Positions 19,532 through 31,660 of a stretch of 64,000 bases of DNA are shown here, piece by piece. This stretch comes from an uncultured Gemmatimonadaceae bacterium (GTDB taxonomy: Bacteria; Gemmatimonadota; Gemmatimonadetes; Gemmatimonadales; Gemmatimonadaceae), in the NCBI GenBank assembly GCA_963790305.1, contig CAWBOC010000009.1, forward strand, positions 288,001 to 352,000. The letters are read 5' to 3'. The notes under the pieces are model-generated. The model did not search any database and was not told the origin of the DNA. It saw only the letters and a program-made list of their open reading frames with translations. A program made the translations under genes and the position numbers. Each line of letters opens with the position of its first letter. The stretch's first letter is position 1.

Positions 19532-21005
19532 ATGCGAAACGCCTTGTGTCACCTCTCGCTTGCTGCGGCCGTGCTTATCGCGGCCGAGGGACTCCCACGC
19601 ACCGCGAACGCCCAGGCAGCGCCTGCCGCTTCCGAGCGCGCGTTGCGCGACCTCGTTCGGGTCATGAATCTCGGCCACCGTGACTCCCTCGAGCGCTTTG
19701 TGCGTGAACGGTTCGTCGTCGCAGGTCCGGGAAGCGTTCCGGCGGCTGATCGCGTGGAGCGCCTCTCCCGTCTGCGCTCCATCTTCGGCGAGCTCACGCT
19801 TCGCGCGATCGACTCCGTCGCGCCCGCACGTGCGTCAGGCGTTGCCCAGTCGGCTCGCACGGAAGCGTGGCGCCGACTCGGGGTGATCATGGATACGACA
19901 CCACCGGGTCGCATTGTCCGCGTTTCGATCGCACCGGCCACCGCACCGGACGCACCGACACGTCGCCTTACCGATGCTCAGGTCGTCGAGCAGCTCAGTG
20001 CGTACATGGACCGGTTGGCTCGCCGCGATGTGTTCTCGGGCAGTGTACTGCTCGCCAAGGCAGGCAAGCCGCTCTTCAACGCCGCCTATGGCGAAGCGAA
20101 CAAGGACTTCGGCGTCAAGAATACTGTCGACACCAAGTTCAACCTCGGCTCCATGAACAAGATGTTCACGTCGGTCGCCATCATGCAGCTCGTCGAGGCG
20201 GGCAAGCTCTCGCTCGACGACACCCTGGGGAAGTTTCTCCCCGCGGGATCGATGCGCGCCGACGTGCTGGCGAAGGTGCGCGTGAAGCACCTCCTGACGC
20301 ACACGTCGGGGCTCGGCAGCTACTTCTCGCCGCGCTGGGACAGTCTTTCGCGCTCGATGTTCCGAAGCGTCGACGACTGGATGCCTCTGGTGAAGGATGA
20401 GACGCTCGCTTTCGAGCCCGGCACGCGATGGTCGTACAGCAACACCGGAATGCTGGTGCTCGGGAAGGTGATCGAGTCCGTCAGCGGGAAGGACTATTTC
20501 CAGTACGTGCGCGAGCGGATCTTTACGCCGGCGGGGATGACGTCGACCGACTCGTATGAGCTCGACCTGGTGACGAAGAATCTTGCCGTCGGGTACGAAC
20601 GCGAGGAAACCGCCGCCGGCCCGCGGTATCGCAACAACATCTTCCAGCACGTGATTCGCGGCGGTCCGGCGGGCGGCGGGTATTCGACCGTCGGCGATCT
20701 CACGCGATTCGCGGCGGCGCTTGCAAAGTGGGAAGCTCGTGAGCCGCGATGGTATGAGGATGCTCACGACGCCGAAGCCGGAGCTCGGCTCGCCCGATTA
20801 TGGCTTTGGGTTTGGCGTGATTGATGGGGGGCGGATCGTGGGCCACAGCGGCGGGTTCGAGGGGATCAGCGCCCAACTCGACATCTATCTCGTGGACGGC
20901 TACACGATGGCCGTCATGGCGAATTACGGAGGCGCGGCGCAGCCAGTCATCGAAAAGGTGCGTACGCTTCTCTTCGCGGGACGTAAGGAGACGGCGTCAC
21001 GTTAG
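19532..21005 (+). CDS. Serine hydrolase, beta-lactamase/AmpC-like family (frameshift near 20722)
   Basis: Signal peptide; SMNK, LLTHTSG, YSN; GHSGG lies in the second frame (20721-21005). Confidence 0.9.
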
Positions 21006-21078
21006 GCGCACAGTTCCACCGAGACATGGCCGAGCGGCGGCGTGGGTCCCATCACCACGCCGCCGTTCGCCGTTCTCG

Positions 21079-21936
21079 TCAAAATGCAAACATAACGCCG
21101 ACTTCGGGTGCGAAATCAGTCGCGTTCCGTGTGATCCCCCACCCGTTGTTTAGCTTGATGAACGCTCGTGGCAGCAGGTGCCACTGCACCTCGGTGATGA
21201 GCGCAACCTCATCGAGCTGGTTGCCTTCGATGACGGAGGCGACGCGCCATTTCGGCGACAGCCGCCGCAGGTACTCGATGGCGTACTCCCCGGCCTCGAG
21301 CTTGCGCTCCTCGCCGCTGTACTCGCCTGCGGCACGCAGCGTCATCGTGCCCCACCGGTAGCCGCGCGTCATCCCGAAGCCCAGCTTGTATTCCCACGCG
21401 GATGTCCCAATGAGCTTCCGGTGTTTCTGGAGCGGAAAGACCGTTTCGAAATAGGTGAATAGCTCGGGCCGCGTTTCAGTCTCGCGACGGAAGCGCCATC
21501 GTATCTGCGCCTCCACGTCGCCGAGCCCGTGCTCCTCGATCTCGGAAGGCATGGCCGAAGGGTCATTGGGCGACTTCTCAAGCTCGGCGCTGATCACCGC
21601 ACCTTCGAGCTCGAGCGCGACGTCTTCGGTCAAACCATAGCCAAGGAAGAGGAGTGCTTCCGAGGCGCTGTAGCGCCCGCGGAAATCTTCGGCGATCCCG
21701 TAGCCCAGCTCGCTCGGCTTGTACTCGAGATCCTTGTCTGCGTACCACTCGGCGAATGGGTAGAAGAGCAGCTCACCTTTCCGCACGTAGGTCCCGAACA
21801 TCAATGTGGCGACGCCGGTGCCTCGGTCGCGGAGATGCTGCGGGAGCTGCTGAGCGACGAGTCGCTCGGGGAAGGTGACGGGGGCGAGTGCAATGGCGAG
21901 CGTCAGCGTGTGTACTACCCGGTTCATGCGACACAT
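21079..21936 (-). CDS. Putative outer-membrane beta-barrel protein
   Basis: AAGGAGG RBS, signal peptide, amphipathic strands, GLGDVE motif, terminal Phe. Confidence 0.7.
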   Translation of the reverse strand: MCRMNRVVHTLTLAIALAPVTFPERLVAQQLPQHLRDRGTGVATLMFGTYVRKGELLFYPFAEWYADKDLEYKPSELGYGIAEDFRGRYSASEALLFLGYGLTEDVALELEGAVISAELEKSPNDPSAMPSEIEEHGLGDVEAQIRWRFRRETETRPELFTYFETVFPLQKHRKLIGTSAWEYKLGFGMTRGYRWGTMTLRAAGEYSGEERKLEAGEYAIEYLRRLSPKWRVASVIEGNQLDEVALITEVQWHLLPRAFIKLNNGWGITRNATDFAPEVGVMFAF

Positions 21937-22014
21937 AGCGATGCCTCCTTCGGGATGAGGAGACCAGCCCAGCTGCGTCCCTGTACAGAAAACACTCCCT
22001 GTCTGACCTCTCCG

Positions 22015-23227
22015 TCACCTCGCCGTCCGAAGGCGGTCGCCGATGACGGCGAGCAGCGTTCCATCGTCGCCTCCGATCTCCCAGATCATGATGCCGCCGA
22101 GCCCGTGCGCCCGTACGTACTCGGCCTTGTGGCCGATGGACTCGGCGTCATCGTAGGTGATGAACACGCCGAGCGAGTCGTTATGCAGCCAGGGCACCAG
22201 TGCCTCGGGGTGCCAGAAGCGAGTGAATCCCTGTGCGGTGAGGTTTCTCGACGCGATCTGTCGGTAATCGAGGCCGGTTGCCCACTCGCGCGGCGCCGGC
22301 GACGCGGCCTGGAACAACCCACCGTTGGCGCCGTGAACGCCCCCGTACGCGCGCCCATAGAACGGCGCTCCGATGACAATCTTCCCCGACGGGACGCCGC
22401 CCCGACGGTAGACCGCGACCGTGGAATCGATGTTGTAGTACGGCGTCGGATCGTTCGTCGCCGCGTGGAGGGGTGCGTTGAAGTGCGCGATCGCCGAGCC
22501 GGAGTGGTAGTCGTACGTCATCACGTTGAACCAATCCAGCAACGGGGCGATGCGATCGAGCTCCAGGCTCCCGAATGAGCCGCGCGCCAGCGGCCGTGGC
22601 GGCCGTAAGGAGATAGCGGCGCCCGTCGCGCGCGCCCTCAGCGTCGAGCTGCCGGCGCAGCTCGGCGAGCAGAAGCGTGAAGTTCTGCCGGTCCTCCGGC
22701 CGAGTGACATTCTCCCTGGCTCCCCCGAACACCGGATACTCCCAGTCAATGTCGAATCCGTCGAACAGTCCGGGCCATCCGCGCAGGAACAGCTCGATGC
22801 CGGATGCGGCGAAGCGCTGTCGGGCTTCCGGGGTCAGGGCCGCATCGGAGAAATTCACCGAGCGCGTCCATCCGCCGATGGCGACGAGGAACTTCAGATG
22901 CGGGTACCGCTCCTTGAGTGCGCGCAGCTGGCCGAAGTTTCCGCCCCTCGCCGCGGCACTCCCGCTTCCGCATCGCCCGGCATCGAGGCACGGATCCTCG
23001 AGCGCTATGGTGCCGTCGGGTCCTACGTTGGCGAAGGCGTAGATGACGTGCGTTAGGCGGTCGCCAGGCAGCTCGGCGATCCTCGTCCCCTTGGAACGAA
23101 CGCCCCACGACGCCAGATAGGCGACGACCCTTGGACTCTCGGTCCGAGGTGTGGATGGGGGAGCCGGCGACCTCGCCGTCGCGCACGCCATGAGGGCGAG
23201 CGCGAGCACGGAGAAGGAGTACCGCAT
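22015..23227 (-). CDS. GH18 chitinase-like lipoprotein (frameshift near 22580)
   Basis: ALMAC lipobox; THVIYAFA, AIGGW, FDGFDIDWEYP; second frame NVMTYD, GAPFYGR, GGIMIWE. Confidence 0.9.
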
Positions 23228-24114
23228 TACCTGCGCGCCGGGCTGTCGGCCGCGCGCGAGACGCTCGACAGGAATTCGAGCAGTGCGGCGTTGAAACGTT
23301 CCGGCTGGGCGAAGTGCACCCCGTGGCCTCCGTCGGCAATCACGACCTGGCGCGCGTTTGGTATTCGTCGCGCGAGCGTATCAGCGACCAGGCGAAACAA
23401 CGGAATTTCATGGTCCCCGACGATCATCAGCGTCGGCACGCGGATCTTCGCCAGATCGTCCATCCGTGCCGGGGAGACGCGTCCCGACGGCGGACGGGGG
23501 TTGAGCAAATCGCGGCCGTCGTATCTCGCCCACATTCGATCTATCCGCTTGCGATAGCCCGGATTGTTGGGAGGCTCCCAGTCGAGTCCGGTCGATTCCA
23601 CGAACTTTCGCAGGGAATCGAGGCCGTGAGTTCTCGCGATCTCCCCGAATCTCGCACCGGGCAGCGGACCGGATGGCATCGGCTGAAACCCGCCGGGTGG
23701 GCCCGAGCCGTACAGAACGAGCGCGGTGAGACGTTCGGGGAACGCAACGGCAAAATTGAGAGCGGTTCGGGCTCCGGCTGAAAGACCGAGGACGACCGCC
23801 GAGGGAATCTTCAGGCTGTCGAGCAGGATGCGCAGGTCGTCCGGATCGGCGGTCGGATCGGCGTGTCCTGTCGAGCTCCCGTACCCGCGTCGGTCGTAGC
23901 GCAGCACGCGATACGTTGGCGACAACGCCGCGACCTGATCGTCCCAGATGGTCAGGTCCTGCGCCGCCCCGTGGATGAGCACGACCGTCGTTCCCTTGCC
24001 GGTGAGCTCGTAGTTGATCGATGCATCACCCACGTTCACTTTGCCGGTCTGTGCGGAAAGCGCGAGCGGTGCTGCGCACACGACCGTCGTTGTCATCATG
24101 AGTCGGCGTATCAT
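23227..24114 (-). CDS. Secreted alpha/beta hydrolase
   Basis: LIHG, YDRRGYGSS, GLSAG nucleophile elbow, GHGVH. Confidence 0.9.
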   Translation of the reverse strand: MIRRLMMTTTVVCAAPLALSAQTGKVNVGDASINYELTGKGTTVVLIHGAAQDLTIWDDQVAALSPTYRVLRYDRRGYGSSTGHADPTADPDDLRILLDSLKIPSAVVLGLSAGARTALNFAVAFPERLTALVLYGSGPPGGFQPMPSGPLPGARFGEIARTHGLDSLRKFVESTGLDWEPPNNPGYRKRIDRMWARYDGRDLLNPRPPSGRVSPARMDDLAKIRVPTLMIVGDHEIPLFRLVADTLARRIPNARQVVIADGGHGVHFAQPERFNAALLEFLSSVSRAADSPARR

Positions 24115-26502
24115 CGAAGCCTCCCGCCGGTGGGCGAGGTGAAGATCCGATCGTCGAGGCCCACGCGCCTCACGACGGCCGCGAAGCGCGCGTTCCCTCG
24201 CACCTGGTCGAAGAAGGGCTCACTCAGCGGAAGGTATACGGGCCAGAAATCGCCGGCGTCGGTGAGACGTTCCATCTCGTCGATGGCTCGGGCCGTATCA
24301 CCGAGCGCCAAAAAGAGCGAAAAAACAACCCGGGGACGGCCGCTCACGTCTCCCGCCGTGCCGCCGGTCGCCCGCGTCAGCCGCAGTGCGGGCTCTCGAT
24401 TCCCGAGAAGCGCGTGGAGATGAGCAGCCGGCACTTGCCACGACGGCACGTGCACCGTGAGGCGATCGGCGAACGTCCTCGCCGTCGCCGTGTCGCCCTC
24501 CTCGAGGTACGCCTGCGTTGCCATGAAGAGGACGGGGGGATTGATAGAGTCGATCTCCAGCGCTCGGGTGATTTCGGCGATCCCTTCCCGGTTGCGCCCG
24601 GTGAGTGAGAGCAGCCGCCCATGCCAACCCGAGGCCACGGCGGAATACGGATCGAGCAGACGCGCGCGCTCGAACTGCCCCCGTGCATCGAGGAGACGTC
24701 CCGTATAGAGGAGCAAGCGCCCGTACTGTATTCGCGCCGATGCGTCGTTCGCATCGAGCTCGATTGCGCGGCGGTGTGCTTCCTCCGCGCGGCGCCACTC
24801 GTATGCATGAAGATGCGCGAGCCCGAGCGCGGTATACGCTTCCGAGAGCGTGCCGTCGAGAGCCAGGGCGCGGCGTGCCGAGGCAATGGCGCGCTCGCGA
24901 ACGTCCTGCGCGCGTACGCCTGAAAAGTACGGCAGCAGCTCGAGCGCTACCGCGAGCCCGGCGTGGGCCCGCGCGAAACTGCTGTCTCGCGCGATCGCCT
25001 CCTCGAAACGATCGATCGACTGACGCACTCCGTCCGATCGCCTCGCGAGCGCGAAACGACCGCGCAGGTACAGATCATAGGCTTGGGCATCCTGCGTTCC
25101 GGAGCTGGCCGTCACCGCTACGCTGGTGCCGCGAGCGCCAGGATCGAGCCTCGCGCGCAGCGCTGCCGCAATCGCGCGCGTAATCTCGGTCTGCATCTCG
25201 AAGACGTTGGTCGAATCGCGTCGATAGCTCTCCGACCAATACTCGCGATTGTCCTCGGCAGCTCGTCAGCTGAGCGGACACCCGGAGCTGCTCTCCCACT
25301 CGGCGCACGTTGCCGTAGAGCACGTAATCCGCCGACAGCGTCCGTCCGACTTCGCCCGCGTCGACGTCGCGTCCAGTGTAGCGGTAGCTGAGCGTGCGGG
25401 AGACGACGCGTATTCCCTGCAGCTTTCCCAGCGATGTGGCCAGCTCGTCGGCGAGTCCGTCGGCGACGTACTGCGCCGAGTCGGTGCCCAGCGTCGCGAA
25501 CGGAAGCACGGCGACGGCGAGCTCCCGTGCTGCCCCGTCGCGCGCTGCGATCACGGCGATGGCGATCACAGCCGCAACGATTGCCGACCAGCCCCGCCGC
25601 CCTCGAGCCGCGTGAGATGACGAAGGATCGGCGCGAAGCCCGAGCTCGTCTCTCCATCGAGCGCGCGCAGAGACGTCGCGCGCCGACTGCGGGCGGGCAG
25701 CCGGATCCTTCTCGAGGCATCGCATGACGAGCTGCGCCAACGGCAGAGGGCAATCGGCACGCTTTTCACGGAGCGGAGCCGGACGCTCGCTGATGTGGGC
25801 GAGCATCTGGTGGCCTGGCCGCGACGCGAAGGGCGTCTCCCCGGCCAGCAGCTCGTAGGCGACACAGCCAAACGAGTAGAGATCGGCGCGATGATCGATG
25901 CCAGGATCGGCGGCGATCTGCTCCGGTGCCATGTATGCCGGTGTGCCGATCACCGTTCCCGCCTGCGTCACGGTGGTCGTGTGCTCCGTCGCCTCCTCCG
26001 AGCTACGTGCGTCGCTGATCGCTTTGGCGATCCCGAAGTCGGCGACGACGGCGGCGTCCCCCGAGAGCAACACGTTCTCGGGCTTGATGTCGCGATGCAC
26101 GACCCCGCGCTCGTGCGCGTACGCGAGCGCGCGCGCGACGTCGCGCAGAATTCCGACCGCTTCAGCGATGGGCAGCGCGCCACTCGCACTGAGCCTGTCG
26201 CGCAGCGCGAGGCCCTCGACGAAGGGCATCGTGTAATACGGCAGCCCCCCGATCTCGCCGCTCGCCAACACCGGAACAATGTTCGCCTGCTGGAGCGATG
26301 CGACGAGGCGGATCTCGCGCGCGAACCGTCGGCTCGATACACCGGCGGCAAGCTCCGGCGACAGCACCTTGATGACGACCGTTCGCCCCAGCGAGGTCTC
26401 GACCGCGGTGAACACCCGCGCCATTCCCCCTCCGCCGAGCTCACGCCCGATCGAGTATCCGGAGAGGCTGGACTGGAGGTGAGACCGGAGGTCCGCGGTC
26501 AC
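24111..26502 (-). CDS. Ser/Thr kinase with TM, TolB-like and TPR domains (frameshifts near 25670, 25605, 25262)
   Basis: LGGGGMA, HRDIKPEN, DFGIAK, GTPAYMAPE; AVLPF...GLADEL; AYDLYLRGR TPR region in ORF 24111-25196. Confidence 0.88.
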
Positions 26503-26642
26503 GAACGCCTCGGAAAGGGTGTTCGAATGTAGAGGTCGGCCTCAGCAGCCGAAAGAACAGCGGCCATCGCCCCTCTTCACGCGGACCAGTGCACCGACGT
26601 ATGATGTTCCACTCGTCGATCGATCACTTCTGGAGGCCATTC

Positions 26643-27200
26643 ATGCGTTCCGTGCTGCGTACTGCCCTTCCCGCCCTCGCGATGCTCGCCGCGCTCGCCG
26701 CTGCCGCCGAGGCGCAACATCACGCCTCGACCGTCGCCGCGGATCTGCGCGCAGATATCGAGCAGGTCGAAAAGAAGATGCTCGACCTCGCACGCGCGAT
26801 TCCCGAGGACAAATACGGCTGGCGTCCCGGCGCTGGCGTTCGCTCCATCGGCGAAGTCGTGATGCATGTCGCCGCGGACAACTATCTGATTCCGGCGGCG
26901 ATTGGATTTCCGGCCGACCCCGCCACCGGCATCAAGGGCAACGACTACAACACCGCCGTCGCGTTCGAGAAGCGCACCGCCAACAAGGCGGCGGCGATCG
27001 CCGAGCTCGAGAAGTCGTTCGCGTTCGTGAAGAAGTCGCTCGACGCCTCGGGCGACAAGCTTGCTCAGCCGGTGTCGATGTTCGGGATGAACCTCACGTC
27101 GCAGAAGGCGTGGATCATGGCGACGACGCACCTGCACGAGCATCTGGGCCAGCTCATCGCGTACGCGCGGAGCAACGGCATCGCCCCACCCTGGAGCTGA
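26643..27200 (+). CDS. Secreted DinB-family protein
   Basis: GGAGG RBS; signal peptide; WRPGAGVRSIGEVVMHVA; HLHEHLGQLIAYAR. Confidence 0.88.
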   Translation: MRSVLRTALPALAMLAALAAAAEAQHHASTVAADLRADIEQVEKKMLDLARAIPEDKYGWRPGAGVRSIGEVVMHVAADNYLIPAAIGFPADPATGIKGNDYNTAVAFEKRTANKAAAIAELEKSFAFVKKSLDASGDKLAQPVSMFGMNLTSQKAWIMATTHLHEHLGQLIAYARSNGIAPPWS

Positions 27201-27268
27201 CCGCTCGAGGTCAGGCGTTAGGCTCCCGGTCGGCTTTCACGGCGGCCGGGAGCGGCTCCAGACGCTCG

Positions 27269-29868
27269 GTGATCCCGCCTGGGTCGATCGCGCGCGTTGC
27301 GCTGGCGGCTGGGCTCCTCGCGGCACCCTGCACCGCTCAGAGCATCGAGGCCGCCCGCATCCTCGGCACACCGCCACGCCTCGATGGGCGTCTCACGGAG
27401 GACCTCTGGTCCACGGCGCAGCCGCTGGCGGGGTTCCTCCAGCGCGACCCGGACCAGGGCGCACCCGCGACCGAACGTACCGAGGTGCGCTTCGCCTACG
27501 ACGACGACGCGCTCTACATCGGGGCGCGTATGTTCAGCACATCACCCAACGCCATTCGCGCGTTGGTCACACGCCACGATCGTGAAGGAAGCTCCGAGCA
27601 GCTGCTCGTCTCCCTCGATACACACCTTGATCGCCGCACCGCCTATACCTTCGCCGTCACGCCCGCCTCCGTCCGCATCGACTACTACCACTCATCGGAT
27701 GAGGAGGATAGCCGTGACAACGGCTTCAACCCGGTGTGGCAGGCGCAGGCCCGCATCGATTCCCTCGGATGGACGGCGGAGATGCGCATTCCATTTTCGC
27801 AGCTGCGCTTTACCGCGGCAGAGGTGCAGGTGTGGGGAGTGAACGTCGTCCGTAGTGTGCCGGCGAAGAACGAACGCAGCTATTGGGCGCTGATCCGCCG
27901 TGATGAGCCAGGGTGGGCGTCGCGCATGGGAGCGCTGGTGGGGATTCGCGACGTTCGCCCCTCGCGGCGCATCGAGATCTCCCCCTACCTCGCCGTGGAT
28001 TCGCGGTTGGACAGCGACATCGACCGGGCAGATCCCTTCGCGAGGGAGCACGAGACGAACGCGCGCGTGGGAGCGGATCTCAAGCTTGGGCTGGGCCCGA
28101 GCTTCACGCTCGACGTCACCCTCAATCCCGATTTCGGCCAGGTCGAGGCAGATCCCGCCGAGGTCAACTTGAGCGCCTTCGAAACGTTCTTCGACGAGCA
28201 ACGGCCGTTCTTTGCCGAGGGTGCGGAGCTGCTCGAAGGGCGCGGCCTCTTTTACTCGCGACGCATTGGCGCGCCGCCCCCTGGGGATCCCGACGCCGAC
28301 TACGCCGAGCCTCTCCAGCACACGTCCATCCTCGGCGCCGCCAAGCTCACCGGCCGTACGCAGTCGAAGCTCGCTGTCTCCGCGCTGGCCGCGGTGACGC
28401 AGCGAGAGCGGATTCGCACCTTCAATGCGACCACGCGAACGTTCGGCGACGCCGTTGTGGCGCCGCTCGCCGCCTACGCCGCGGTCGGGGCGCAGGCAGC
28501 AGTTTGGCGCAAGCGGGTCGACGTTAGGCGGAGTGCTGACGGCCGTGCACCGCGACGTCGATGAAGGATCCCCACTGGCTGGCGCGGTGTCACGCGATGC
28601 ATTCTCCGGCATCGTCGAGGGACGCGTGCGCTGGGCGGGAGGCAGGTATGACGCGAGCGCGCACGTGGGCTTTACCCACGTTCGCGGCGACTCCGGCGCC
28701 ATCCTCGAGCTGCAGCGTTCGTCCCGACGGTACTGGCAGCGCCCCGACGCGTCACACGTCGAGATCGACCCGCGACGCTTGACGCTATCCGGCACGATGC
28801 TCGGCATCAATCACAGCAAGCTCGCCGGCGCGCACTGGCTGTGGGACATCGACTACTGGCAGGAGGCGCCGGGCCTCGAGCCGAACGACATCGGGGCCTT
28901 CGGCAGCGTCGACGATCGCGGCGTTGCCTGGGACCTGATCTATCGGGAGACGCGGCCGAAGGGGTGGTACCGATCGTACTCGATGGCGATCGGGTCGAGC
29001 GTGGAGTGGAACTTCGACGGCGTGCGCCGCGGGTCCGAGGCATTTCTGGAATTCAACACCACGTTCGCGAACTACCTTCGCTTCGGCAGCGACTTCTGGC
29101 ATAACCCGCGGGGATACTCCGATGACCTCACGCGCGGCGGCCCGCTCATGGGGACGGGACGCGCGTGGGGGATGGCATTCGAGCTGGAGGGTCGAGAGGG
29201 TGCGCGCACGGCGTGGAGCGTGGAGCTCGACGGTGAGCGCGAGGAATTCGAATGGATGGTCGGGAGAGCTGCAGGGAGACTTCAGCTTCCATCCGGGGAC
29301 ACAGTGGGAGATCAGCGTCAGCCCCAGCTGGGAGCTGGGCGAGGACCCGCGGCAATACGTGACGACGCTGGATGACGGGCGGCCAGAAACGTTCGGGCAG
29401 CGTTATGTGTTCGCGCGCGTGGAGCGCAGCGAGATCGCAACGCGTGTGCGCGTGAACTACACATTCACGCCGAACCTCACTCTGGAGACGTACGCCGAGC
29501 CGTTCGCGTCGAGCGGCACTTTCTCCCGCTTTGGGGAGCTGCTCGCACCGCGATCGCGCGAGCTGCTCGAGTACGGGACATCCGGAACGACGATCGCGCG
29601 AAACCCGGACGGATCGCACATCGTGACGGTGGGCTCGGACACCCTCGCCATCGCGAACGAAGACTTCAACGTCCGTTCGCTGCGGAGCAACGTCGTGCTG
29701 CGGTGGGAATGGCGGCCGGGGAGCGCGCTCTTTCTCGTCTGGCAGCAGAATCAGGAAGCGGACCGCCCGTTCGGGAGAGTGCGTCCGCGCGACCTGTGGG
29801 ATGCGCTGAGCACGAGCGGCGACAGCTTCTTTGCGGTGAAGATCAGCTACTGGCTGCCGGTGCGTTGA
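27269..29868 (+). CDS. CBM9-like/DUF5916 outer-membrane protein (frameshifts near 28495 and 29250)
   Basis: PRLDGRL, GWTAEMRIPFSQLRF, NPDFGQVEAD, FYSRRIG, NVVLRWEWRPGS, KISYW across three frames. Confidence 0.85.
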
Positions 29869-29907
29869 CTGACACGTAGATTCCTGCAGTCGCCTGCACG
29901 AGGGGTC

Positions 29908-31656
29908 ATGGCCACACGATCGCGCGAGCTGCTCGATCTCGAAACGGTCCTCAGCAAGCAGTACACGCTCGAGCGCGAGCTCGGGCGTGGTGGCATGGGA
30001 GTGGTCTTCCTTGCCCGCGATCTGAGGCTCGACCGCCTGGTGGCGATCAAGGCGCTTCCGCTGCATCTCGCTGACGACGAGCGCGTACGCGAGCGCTTCC
30101 TGCGCGAAGCGCGGACCGCCGCACGCCTCTCGCATCCGAACATCGTCCCCATCCATCGCGCCAATGAGATCGATGGCCGCGTGTTCTTCGTCATGGGGTA
30201 CGTCGACGGAGAGTCGCTCGCACAACGCGTGACCGGCCGCGGTGCGCTCCCGGCAGGAGAAGTCGTCGCCCTCCTGCGAGACGTGGCCGCCGCGCTGCAC
30301 GAGGCTCATCGCCTCGGCATTGTCCATCGCGACGTCAAGGCGGAGAACATCCTCTTCGACCAGCGGACCGGGCGCGCCATGGTGACCGACTTCGGAATCG
30401 CCCGCGTCGCCGAGGCCGCGCCGTTGACCGCGACGGGCCTCCTGCTCGGCACGGTGCAGTACATGAGTCCGGAACAGGTCGTGGGCGAAACCGTCGACGC
30501 GCGAAGCGACGTGTACTCGCTAGGCGTCGTCGCCTTCCATGCCTTGACGACACGCTTCCCCTTTCAGAGCGAATCGGCATCAGCGGTGCTCGTCGCACAC
30601 GTGACGAAGACGCCGCCCAAAATCCTCGACGTCGACCCATCGATTCCGCTGGCGCTCGCCGAGATCGTCGATCGGTGTCTCGCGAAGGAGCCGGCGCAAC
30701 GCTTCCAGTCAGCGGGAGAGCTGGGCGATGCACTGAGCGCGCTGTCACCGTCGATCCTCCCGGCTCCCCGGCGTGAGGACTCCACCCCCGTGGCGAAAGC
30801 GAGCGATGTTCTCCTCTCGGATCGCGAGGCACGTGCTGTCTGGGATCGTGCGGCAAACCTTCAGGCGCAGGCGACCGGCACCGTCACGCCGATCCCGCCG
30901 CCTCCGCGGGAGGCCGAGCGTCAACCGGTGTCGCCATCATCCGCCTATCGACTCAATGTCGTCCGCGACTCGGCGCGGGAGGCGGGAATAGGCACCGAGT
31001 ACGTAGATCGCGCATTGGCGGAACGCGGCCTTGGTGAGAAGGGCGCCGCGCGTCCGGCGCCGGTAGTGCCAGCGTCGACACCCGCGGCGGCAATGGAGAT
31101 TCGCGACATGCGCGTCAAGCCCTTCTCGCGCTGGGTCGGTGCGCCGTCGTTGATCGAGTACGAGGTCGTCGTCGACGGCGAGGTCTCGGAGCGCGATTTC
31201 GAGCGGCTGGTCGAGCCAATCCGTAGCACGCTGTCCGACGTCGGGACCGTCGGAGCGATGGGGCGCTCGTTCACATGGAGCGCGACCGATCCAAAGCGAC
31301 GCGTGCACGTTGCGGTGCAGGTGCGGAGCGGACGCACGACGATTCGCGTCGCGGAGCCCCTCCGGGCGCTCAGGGGAAACGTCTTCGGCGGCGGTCTCGG
31401 AGGATTCGGGGGCGGGTTTGCCGGCCCGCTGTTTCTGATGGTCAGCTCTGCGACGGGTGCGGTCGAAGCGGGCGTCGCCGCTGGCCTGACAGCGGCCGCA
31501 ACCGCGTACTTTGGGACGCGGACCGTGTACAAGGGACTCGTGAAATCTCGGCAGACGGAGCTGCGCGCTCTGATCGCCCGGCTCGCGGAGGAGGCGCGGC
31601 GGTCGATCGACGAGCCCTCGGAGGAGCGGAAGCGTCCGGTCCTGCCAAGACGCTAA
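29908..31656 (+). CDS. Ser/Thr protein kinase with C-terminal Gly-rich membrane domain
   Basis: LGRGGMGVV, VAIK, HRDVKAEN, DFGIAR, GTVQYMSPE. Confidence 0.92.
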   Translation: MATRSRELLDLETVLSKQYTLERELGRGGMGVVFLARDLRLDRLVAIKALPLHLADDERVRERFLREARTAARLSHPNIVPIHRANEIDGRVFFVMGYVDGESLAQRVTGRGALPAGEVVALLRDVAAALHEAHRLGIVHRDVKAENILFDQRTGRAMVTDFGIARVAEAAPLTATGLLLGTVQYMSPEQVVGETVDARSDVYSLGVVAFHALTTRFPFQSESASAVLVAHVTKTPPKILDVDPSIPLALAEIVDRCLAKEPAQRFQSAGELGDALSALSPSILPAPRREDSTPVAKASDVLLSDREARAVWDRAANLQAQATGTVTPIPPPPREAERQPVSPSSAYRLNVVRDSAREAGIGTEYVDRALAERGLGEKGAARPAPVVPASTPAAAMEIRDMRVKPFSRWVGAPSLIEYEVVVDGEVSERDFERLVEPIRSTLSDVGTVGAMGRSFTWSATDPKRRVHVAVQVRSGRTTIRVAEPLRALRGNVFGGGLGGFGGGFAGPLFLMVSSATGAVEAGVAAGLTAAATAYFGTRTVYKGLVKSRQTELRALIARLAEEARRSIDEPSEERKRPVLPRR

Positions 31657-31660
31657 GCGC

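Noticed and set aside
19532..21005. Antibiotic-resistance beta-lactamase
   Set aside because: Motifs support only the broad serine hydrolase family; substrate cannot be inferred.
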